This document shows positions 1 to 10,187 of a stretch of 64,000 nt of DNA, piece by piece (positions within the stretch are counted from its first letter, which is position 1; the number at the start of each line of letters is the position of its first letter). The stretch spans positions 1,676,001 through 1,740,000 of the forward strand of contig MU053652.1 of NCBI GenBank assembly GCA_013239625.1, given 5' to 3'. This stretch comes from Lama guanicoe (lineage: Eukaryota). Under the pieces are notes generated by a model that worked only from the letters and a program-made list of their open reading frames with translations, searched no databases and was not told the origin of the DNA. The translations under genes were made by a program, and so were the position numbers.

Positions 1-2119
1 TGGCTGGTGTGTCCATCTGGAATCCATTCAGGGAAACAGATGGAGAAAAGTGTAGGACCTACTGGAGTTGCTTCTGGGGCTAATAGCCAAATCATGGGAC
101 AAAGAAACCATGGATGTTGTGGGAGCACAGAAATTCCTTAAGGTGGAGTAGAATGGTGTGATCTGGGGACAGGAGCTTTCCTGCTCGTTCTCCGGAAGCT
201 TGCTGGCCTCAGGGGTACTGGGTGACCTTGGCCCATCAGCAATATTGGGGACACCCGTCCATCTAGAACTATTTTCTCGCCCACCTCTGCTTGGGTGCTT
301 GGGTTCTCACCTCAGTGATTTAGAGCTGGCCCTGTTATAGGGTGTCCTCCTTGCTTGGATTAAAAGCCTTTGTGAGACTGTTGGCAGTAGGTCCTGTGGT
401 CGGTTGGCTGATAGTCGTACTTCACTCTTCCCTGGGAAATACTGACAACTCCGTGTGGAGATCCTGCTTGTTTTAATTAGGCTTCCCTTGGAATTCTCTG
501 GACAGCGTGTGATTCAGACTGATGGAGCAGCTCTGCGTGATCTGAGACTGAGCTTTGATGCCTCCATCTCCCTTGGCTGTGTTTCTGGGCATTCGCCTGA
601 CGGTCAAGGGGAAATGTTCTCTGCACGTCTAGAAGACTGTGCCTGTTCTCCCATCCCATGTGACAGCCCGTTTCAGCAACTGTTTCTTTTCTTAAATTGT
701 GCATCCCTGCGGAACAGGCAGTGGGGCTGGAGTGTGAGAGGGTGGAGGAGGAGCGGCAGGGGACAGAGCGTGTGTGAGTTGGGGCCGTGCGGCGAGTGGT
801 TACGTGGGTATTAGCTGGGAGAGGAAACACGTGTTGGGGAAATGCACACTGCAAGATGCTGCGGGCAATGTGGCACACTCCCGGGACCACCCGCCTCATC
901 CTAGTGTCCTGCCATCAGTGTTAACAAATAATTTGGCCATCACCTATATAGCTTTAAGAATTATATTTCATAGTCTCTTGCCTTTCTGCGAAGAATATAT
1001 TAAACAGAATTGAATGTTTTCTTGCTACCTTGGCTTTCTTCTTGTGATCATTACTTGTGTGTTGAACTGAATTTGCGGGTGCCCAGGGCAGACGCTGGGA
1101 GCTGTAGGCGTGTTGTCCCCGCATGACTCCTGTGTCTGGTGCCTGCATCCTTCCCGGCTCTTCCTCTGGTGAGCATGGTCACTCACCACTTCCAGCCGCT
1201 GCCAGGAATCCTGGTCCACTTCAGTGCCTCTCCTCCTCCCCGGGTCTGCGGCTCCCAGCTCTCAGTGAGCTAGGAAATCAGATAACCAAACTTGCTGAAA
1301 TTGTGTCTGATAAGCCTCGGTATAAACCAAGGAGGGAAGTGCTTTAGAGCAGGACCTCGGGCACGTTTCCGTTGGTTGCTCAGATGACTTCATTCTTCAG
1401 AAGGATTCAGCAAGTTCAGTTTGCTGGCAAAGTGGATTCTAAATACCAAAGCATTCCCATATACAGTTTGTACGATGAAATGCCTGTTGCCCTGTTTTGC
1501 CTGCTCCGATGGGTGAATAAGCACTGTTGATGGAAAATTAGTAAGCAAGGGAACTTGGGGTGCTTCAGCTCTTGTCTCTGCTTCGCCTGATCTCAGCACA
1601 AGGGAGAGGTGGCTTCCTCTAAAGCACTGAAAGATTCCCACCCCACAGACTTCCTGCCAGGTGCCAGCGGATCCTTTACTTGATGGCCCAATGAAGTAGA
1701 TACTGTAGAAGGATTTTTTTTTTTGCTATTGTCTGAGCTTGTTGGTATATGGTGTCAGGGAAATAAACATTGAGACCTCAGTGCCCATAACGGAATAGAA
1801 AGTTATTTTCTCTTGGGGGAAAAAAGGTGTTTCCTGGCCATAGCTGCATCATAGACTCTAGACGGTCGACTTGCAAATGCATGCTTTCGGTCACTGGGTG
1901 GACAGAGGCTGATGGGGCCTGGCTCTGTCTCACCTGTGGAAGCCAGTCCCCTGATGAGGGTGGTCAGAGGGCAGCCTGTCTCCATGAATGAGGGCTGAGG
2001 ACACCTCCAAGAGCCTGGGTGGGCAGAGCGCACACATACAACCCCCATGGGGCAGGCCGTGGGCAGAGCCTTGCCTTCAAGTGTCCCCAGAGGTCAGCCA
2101 GGCCTGCAGTGACAGACAA

Positions 2120-2960
2120 CACCCGACCGGGAGCCGGAGCTTTATAAACTGCGGGCTAGCGCTTCTCATCTTTTACTTTGGGGGTTTTATGTAAGAACAG
2201 TTCTGTTTCAGCCACCTGGGACATTACATTTAATTTCCAGAACTGTAGTGGGACTGGTGGAGCATAAACATTTGAGAGGTAAGACCAGAGGGCCATGTCG
2301 GGGGGAGTGAGCCGGGGGTCCCCCTGGGGAAAGTCAGGCCGTCCGGGCAGCCAAACCTTCTGCTCCCCGAGCTCCGAGCAGCAGCCTCCTTAACAGCTCT
2401 GCTGAAGCCCGGCTACTGCTCCCGCAGACTCAGCAGAGCCTGCCCAGGGGGACAGTCTGAGCTCAGAAAGGAAGGCCCGGCCGCCGAGTCTGTTGTTTGA
2501 AATAATAAAAAGCGAAACTGGCCGGCTTATTTATTTTTTCCTAAACAATAGAATTTCCCACCAGCCTTGCTCGCTGAGTACCACTCCCCTTTCCTTCTAA
2601 TAACTCTGTCCTGCTTTTCCCAGAGGTTATCGGGACCACATTCACTCTTTGGGCAGAGGCCCAGCCATGGAAAGCTCTGGGGCTGCGGGAGGGTTTTGCG
2701 AGGAGTTTTGTGAGCTCCTGAAACGGGGTGAGGATGATGGAAATCATACCGTAGCCGTAATTGCAGAGCTGGCTTTTCTGAGCCCTGTAATAATCTCCGG
2801 TGTGTATCAAGGGCCCTTGCAGAGTTCTTTGCAGTCTTATAAAGGAACTTTGCAGTCTGACAAGGGACTCGAGGTGGGAAGGGTGGGTGGGAGGGGGCTG
2901 GGGCGTTTGCTAAGAGTAAGGGAGTTTGCTGCGAGTTTCAAAGGTCCCGCAGCTAGACTG
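2120..2960. promoter_or_regulatory. CpG-enriched, repeat-free segment; candidate enhancer or weak promoter
   Basis: Many retained CpGs at about 2120-2530, AT-rich TF-like motifs (TTTATAAA, AATAATAAAA, TAAACAAT) and a G4 motif at 2876-2903; no TE recognised. Function is inferred only. Confidence 0.4.
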
Positions 2961-5900
2961 TAGCTATCCACGGGCTGCCCTCAAAATTACTGACTTTTTG
3001 TTTTGTTTGAAAGATGTGGGTCTCCATCATTTGCAACCTTGTCTCTGATGACCATAATTTCACGCCTCTAGTGCACACATCTCATGAGGCAGTGGGAGAG
3101 GAGGTGAGGCAAGTACCAATTTGGATGTCTTTTATGTGTTCTGATGCATGTGTTACGGCTGGCATTGGCATCCTTTTCCGTGCGACGTTAAGAAATGTGG
3201 CACATAAATGCTACAGTCATTAGGAGGTGCCTAGGAACTTAGGAATAAGTCACAGAGCGTTACAGTTTCAGCTCCAGGTAAACCTCTTAAGGCAGACGCC
3301 ACCCTGATTTGCTTTAAGGTGTCTGTGTAAGTCTGAAAACCTCTGACCCAAGTTGGGATATCAAGGTCCATGTTGCCTCAGAAGGACAAGATCTCTTTGC
3401 TTAAATATTCCAGCCAGAAGTCCGCCCCCCCCACTTTCTCTGCCTCTTGCATTTTTACCTCTAAGTGATCATATTTTATGGCTGCTGCTCAGCAGTGAAT
3501 TACTGCCTGACATTAGTGGGAGAGGCTAATGTTCATTGTGAATCAAAACATCATAAACTTCCACTTGAGGTGTGATTGCTCCTTTCATTTTGTGATTGCA
3601 TCTTCCCTGGGTGTTTTGTTAGGTTAAACGGCTCACACTAACGGGGCGGAGCGCTTGGTGGATGTTGGTTAAGCAGAACCCTGGCTGGCCCTGCTATTGG
3701 CTTGTAGTAGGATATGTGTGTATGTATGTGTGTGTGAGTGTGAGCACAAAAACCAAGCTATACCAATCTCTCTGGATAGGAATTGGGTGTGTATCAGCAT
3801 GGAGGGTCAATCGGAATAGATATCACAAAATCATTCTTATTGGAAAATTATCATGCAGATAATTCAATCTTCCTGATTTTTTTTTTTCTTGAGCCTCTTT
3901 TGAAGTCGATTTGCTTGGGTTCCATAGGCTCTGACTACAGGTCCCAACCAGCCAGAGGTAGAGGGAGACCCACCTGGGGCTGTGTCATTCTGAACATAAG
4001 TTCTCAGGAATGGATGCTGTGCACATGTGTGTGCGTGTGTTTTTGCGATGCTTGAGTCACACAGCAGTACTAGATCAGGGATGTACAGCGTATCTGAGAA
4101 TTCTTCTTAATACTCACCTGGAAGTTTATGTCAACTTTAACTAAAAAAAAAAAAATTCATTCTATGGAAAGCTCTCAGGATGGCTGGAGGCATCACAAAA
4201 TCCAGTGGAGGTACGGTGCTGGAACTCCAGCTTGCCTGAAGACCCTGCGATTAGAGCAGAGGCTGAGTGTACCTGGTGTAGGGTTTGGTCAATTTGCTCC
4301 ATTATGTTACGAGTTTCTCAAACCAGAGCTGCTGGCTGGTGTGCATGTGGTTAGATACCCACGCAGAAAAGAAAAGAAATGTGGAAGAATCAATGCTGGA
4401 TAATTTCTGCTATGGGGAAAGCCCACTGAAGCTTTTTTTTCTTTGGATTATTTTTGTTATTGTTTTTGCACTGCCCACCCCTGGTTTTGCAAGTCTTAAG
4501 CCTATGTGGGTCTTAACCTGTGGGTCAAGTGGTGGGAAGCTGAGGATGAAGGTGCACAGTTGATGCTCGGCAGTGGAGGGGGGGTGGCGGGGGGTGCCTC
4601 CTTCCTCTGACTTCACACTAAGCAGGGACAGAGAGATGGCTGTTCGGTCATCAGTCCTTCAAGCCTGGGGACTGGGGACAGGCCTTCAGACCAGCTTTGC
4701 TTCGTGCCATCCTGTCCACTTCTCACCATCCTCCTCCCACCTTGTCTCAGTCTCCTCCTAGGCCTTTTGGTCCATGTTGTACCTGGGAGGTATGGAAACC
4801 AGCTAAGCCAGACAGTGTCCTCTTGGACATATCTTATATTCTTGAACAATAGCAAGCTTGCACTCCATCATCCTTTTAACACAAGTGTGTCCCCATTGGC
4901 ACTATTTTCTTATCCTTCCTACTTTTCACTGCTCAGCCCTGAGGCTTATCCACTGTCCCTGCATGTCCTCGTCGGGGATCCCAGGTGATCCCTCAGTGCT
5001 GACCCCGGCAGGATCCGGGGCAGGATCCTTGCAACTGAGCATCGGCCGCAGCCCCTCTCAAGGCAGCTCAACACCAAGAGTTGGGGCTTAGTCTCATTCT
5101 CCTTCTGGCGGACTCTTGAAACACACTTGGAGATCCCCAGAAAACATTTGTCATTCTGTTTTCCAAATGATCATTGCTAGTGCACATGATTTAAGGAGAT
5201 GGTTTTAAATGAGCTTTGCCAATTCAAGATTTATTGATACATGTGTGCCATTTTTTTGAATCATATGTGTGTGTATATATATACATTTGTGTAGAATGAT
5301 CCTGATCATAAATTAAAATGCAGACATTAAAATTGAAGACATTGCTGCAGAAACACCTCAAATCATCGAGCACACTCAGTCAGCCGATGCTCAAATGCCA
5401 GACACGCTGGAGAAATTTATCCAGTGACACATGCAATTGAAGTAAAATATTGTGCTTTACAAGAACATATCATTAAAATGAAAACTAGCTGCGTATCAGG
5501 AGTCTGGCCATGTAACCAAGACAACAAAGATGGAAAAGGATGAAAGACATGGTGTACCAGAGGAAGGGGGTGGAGGCAGAAGGCAAGAGCAGGAGGTGGG
5601 CCCCAGCTGTAAGTGGTCCCCTCACTACTGAGCTCGCATCTGATAGCATCTGGACAGGAGGAGAATAGAAGCTGTGTGGTGAGACTGGAGAAGGTTCTCG
5701 GCAAGGGCAGGCTGGGGATGGGGAAGGCGGTGGTAGCCAGGCTGACCACGAGTTAAAGCTGTGACTGGGGGTCTGCTTATAGTTTCTACTATTCTCAAGT
5801 GACTTCCTGTGAATGTGGCCACTGGGCTTGCTTCCTGGTGGTGTCATGATGCTTTTCCCAGTAGCTTTGATTTCTCTTAGAGACATTGATGGTGACTTCT

Positions 5901-5966
5901 AAAATAACTCCCTCAAGTCTCCCACATTCACTCCATGCCTTCTGTCCTGCCCACAGGGGACACAGA

Positions 5967-6427
5967 TGTATTGGTTATGGATTGCCGTGTAACAAATGAC
6001 CCCAATACATAGCAGTTTAGAACAGCATTTAATCTCATGGTGTCTGTGGGGCAGGAATCTAGGCCTGGCTTAGCTGGGTCCTCTGGCTCAGGGTTGCTCA
6101 CAGACTCGTAGCCAAAGTGTTGGCTGGGGCAGCATCATCTCCAGGCTTAAGGCCAGAATGGGGGAGGATCCTCTGCCCAGATCATGCACATTGCAGTTGC
6201 AAGGCCTCAGATCCTCACTGGAAACATCAGTCACTTGCCACATGGGCCTCTTTGTGATGGCCACTCACACAACAGTGACATCTCATCACTTCTGCTGCAT
6301 TCTATTCATTAGAAGCCAGTCACATTGTCCAGCCCACACTCAGAGGAGGGGCTTCCACAAAGGCATGACTAGCCAGAGGCAGGAGTCATTCAAGTCATTG
6401 AGATCATTTTAGAGGCTGCCTGCCACA
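5967..6427 (-). mobile_element. MLT1F-like ERVL-MaLR solo LTR
   Basis: Runs TGTATTGGTT...GTAACAAATGACCCC...GGCAGGAATCTAGG...CTTAGCTGGGTCCTCTGGCTCAGG...AGCCCACACTCA...GGCTGCCTGCCACA, matching the reverse complement of the recalled MLT1F/E consensus. Confidence 0.85.
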
Positions 6428-6914
6428 CAAGGGCTTGATTTCTGGGCTATCGAGGGCACCAGAACCAATACTTCTGAAGTTCAAGTTAACTTTTAGTGGT
6501 GTAGGAAGGGGCACAGCCCTACTTAGGAACCAAAGTGGCCCCAGCACTGAATCCTGTCTACTGGCTCCCTGAGGTTTTGATGGACATATTAGGGAGTCCA
6601 GAGGATGAACAGGAAAGGGCAAAATGGCCAGCCACATCCACAGGGCCAGAGGTGCCAAACCATCCTCAGTGGGAGGTCTAGGAGCACCTGGAGGTCGTCC
6701 CAAGGGCTCTGCTCATCTTAGGGAAACAATGGTGGTTTTTGATGGTGGATGAGAGAGATTTGCATTTCCGTTTGGTAACTGACAAGAGCTCTGAGTCCAC
6801 GGAGAATCCATGCCCCGTGACTTTGACCCCTTTTGGGAATCACCTCACTTTTAGGAAGGGGTCATTTTCCTAGGGATTGGAGCTGCAAGAAAGAGAGGAT
6901 GGGAAGGTAACTAC

Positions 6915-7085
6915 TGTGCTTTGAACACCCAGTAGGTACCAGGCACTGTTCTGGGTATTTTACCTGTGTTATGTGCATTGATCATCTCGTGTAATCCTCA
7001 ACATGTCCTTCAGGGTTAGAGACTACAACCTCCACTTTACACAGGAGGAAAGGGGGTGAGTAACTCACCAGTGGACACATGATTT
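6915..7085 (-). mobile_element. MIR SINE fragment
   Basis: CCAGGCACTGTTCT...TAATCCTCAAC...CCACTTTACACAGGAGGAAA, an antisense MIR core. Confidence 0.65.
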
Positions 7086-9817
7086 GATCTAAGATCTACC
7101 TTCATTTATATAGCAAAATATGAACTGAGGCTTTTGCTCTCGGGCTGTGGGTTAACCTCACCTCTACAGCCATGAAAGTGGTGCCTCCTGCACCTGGTCA
7201 GCACACCTGTTGTCCAGAACCTTCCTACCTTCCTTTCCTTCTCTCTGCTCCTGCCCTGGCTCCAGGCCCCTGTGTTCAAGCATGGATGGTTATAACTGAT
7301 TTCCCCATCTCAAGGCGCTCCTCTCTTTAATTATCCTGTAAATTGTGCCAGATCATCTATCTAAAACAGCTCCAGTCCTTTCACTCTCCTCATTAAAAAA
7401 AATATTAATCTTCTCATCCAACCTTCTGTGGCCCCCACCTGCCTATGTGTCAGTGGCCCAGCCGAGGACACAGGTATGTCCTTCAGCCCTTCTGCCCCGG
7501 CATGCTGGCCCCTCATGATTTGACTCAAGGATCCCGGCTAAATTTAAATACCAAGGAGGAGGCTCCCACCTGAGAGATGATGGGGTTCCCACCTATGTGG
7601 CAGCTCGAGCATCACCAGCCCCCCTCCATGGGCAGCTTCCGTCTGGAGGAGCAATTATGCTGGAGGCCAGCCTGCAGCCCAGTGGGCTGTGGCCTCGGGG
7701 AGGGGCCGGAGGTTTTCTGGGAAACAAGCTGTGCTTTTCCACTTACCACTGACCTGCCCCCTGGGACTCACTTGGGGTGTCTGTCTTTTGGGTTCTCACT
7801 GGGATCCTCTCTTCCCGCCCGTGGGACTGTGTGTAGTGGTTCTTGATTATTTTTCCTGTTGCTGGTCAACAGGGTCCCTGTCTTTACTCATTTGCTAAGT
7901 GGCTGCTTCTACTTAGTTATATCCCATGCTGCTTTGCAAGCCCTCTGCAGCTGAGGACCTAATTACACCGTCTCCTTGGACCCCTGGTCATTTTTAGCAA
8001 CTACCCCACCAGTCCATCCAGCCTTCTTCTTCTTTCTAAACGCCCGTCCCCTTCATCTGAGCTTCTTGCCCCACGTTTGCTCTCTCAGCTCCTGCCCGTC
8101 CTTATTTGCATTGTGCTCTTAAGGTGGGAAAACCCACTCACAGGTGTTATCTTGACCAGTTGCCCGGGGTGACTATGGGGTAGTTAAGTCCCGAGGCAGC
8201 TCTGGCTCCACGATTTCTTTATACGTTTGGTGACTTGAGAGTCAGTGATCAGATGGTTTACTCTGTTGACTTGCCCTGCTGGCGCCCGTGTGAGTCTCAT
8301 TAGGACAAGTGGGCCAGCGGGTGGGTCTGGGAGCAGTGGGTGTCGGCTCACGGGTCCTCCCCACTCTGCAGGCTCTCCCTTCCTTGGGGCCACTCTCTGG
8401 CCTCTCCAGTGCCTCCCCTCATCACAGTTTTTCTGTTGAGAACTCCTTTGAGTTCCCTTCCAGAAGTTTCCTTCCCCCTACCCCCACCCACCCAAATGAA
8501 GGCTCCTGAGGCCTTGGAAAGAAGGGTGGAAGGAAAGGAACACAGGAGAGGCTCCCTTATCCCCACTGTAGCCAGGGAGATGGACTGTACTTCTGCTTAA
8601 CCACTCACATCACCCACCAGGCTGTTGATGTGCTAGGGGCCGGGGAGTGGAATTTGCACGTGCCCTGGGACGGTCAGACTTGAAGGGCCAGAACGATGCG
8701 GAGGCCACCTTATGACTGCATCCGTAAGTTACACCAAATCCTGCTGCTTTCCGGGTCTTCCCGGTAGAAATCTCAGATGCTGAGTATTGTTTCAAGCAGG
8801 ATTATACCTAAGATCACATGGGTACTTTACACGCTGCATGGTTTCTGATAACAATAAAGTTGGTTGGATACCTTTGGTTCATGCTCAAAGATCTGTAAGT
8901 GAATAAATTCTTTAACTTGGTCTTTCTGCTAACTAACCACCATCCCCCAGTGATCATTCAGCTCTTTCCCTTCTGTCCTACCTTCCCCCAAAGAGCAGAG
9001 CCAGAAACAGAATCCTTTTACAGATATTTCTCACGATGGGTGCACAGGCTTTTTGAAAGTTTGTATATACTTATAACCATATATTAAATGTTTTCGATTA
9101 GCATACTTAATCTTTGTGATTGAAGTTCTTCTGGGGCTTACCCCAGACATACCAGGCTTAAGAGAGGAAAATACATTTTAAACTACACTCACAGAATCTG
9201 TCTTTCTTAGATCCCATGAGGTTTAATCAGGCAGGGTTTGCTCAGGCCCTGTGTGGACCTCCACGTGCACACTGTTGGCCTTAAGTGCCGCTGTGGCAGC
9301 TGGGGCGCTAGCCTACTCTGTGAGCCAGGCAGGGTCAAGGCCACCTTGGTGCTAGTAGACTGACAGCTTCATTGCTTCAAGTAGGCTGTGGGCTTCTTCA
9401 CCCAAGGGAAAGCTCAGGGGCTTTTGGGTAAGAGAGATGAGTTCATCAAAGGAACCAATGAGCCCTTTTCTAAACTGAAGAATCCTTTTCTAAAATTAAT
9501 ATCCTCAGAATGTATCTATTTTACCAACCTGAGTTTTTATTCAGTCACATTTTGATTACCCAGAAATCACAGGAGAATAGATTTCAAACTCTTTCACTGA
9601 GAATTTTGTCTGAGAGGGATTTGTTCATTTTCTTTGCATAAAAAATAGTTTATTAATACATCTGGATCTTTTCCCCAGCATGTTTAAGCCTTTCCCAGCT
9701 AGATGTAGGTGCCCAGCACAGTGCTTTCCTGAAAATAACAAATGCTAAGTAAGAAATGTGTTTGAAGATTGACTACTGGGGCTTAGGGTCATTTAGTACC
9801 AGTGTGTGTGTGTGTAA

Positions 9818-10187
9818 GTGTATCAGCTAGCTTAGGCTAACTTATGTTGCAGTAACAAGTGACTCCCAAATTTAAGCAGCTACAACAATGTGAGCTCATT
9901 TCCAGCTCATGTTCATATGTATATGGGTTTGGCAGCAGCTATGCTCCAGGTTGTTTATCTGGGACAGAGGCTGAAGACATGCCAATCTGCTGGCAGAAGG
10001 AATAGAGAGATGGCTGTTAACGCTGCTGCTTCGAAGTGGTACATGCTATTACTCCTCATACTTTGTTGACTAAGTCAAAGGGAATGAATGGGAAATAGAA
10101 CCACAGGAAGAGGCCTGGTGCATATATGGGTGGGGAGGTGGGAGGGAGGATCAGAGAATATTTTGTTAATAATACAGTTTACTCTAA
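9818..10187 (-). mobile_element. MLT1J-like ERVL-MaLR solo LTR
   Basis: Starts TGTATCAG...TATGTTGCAGTAACAA...CCCAAAT and ends GAATATTTTGTTAATAATACAGTTTAC, the reverse complement of recalled MLT1J termini. Confidence 0.7.

Noticed and set aside
2200..2285. Possible exon ending at GAG|GTAAGA
   Set aside because: The donor is good, but the candidate acceptors are short and the open frame (TVVGLVEHKHLR) is unrecognised; it cannot be distinguished from chance.
5100..5900. Possible degraded hAT and L2 fragments (also 7310-7400, 7990-8110, 9690-9775, 21110-21190, 45655-45785, 56300-56430)
   Set aside because: The resemblance is too faint to assign a family or boundaries without a profile-HMM search.
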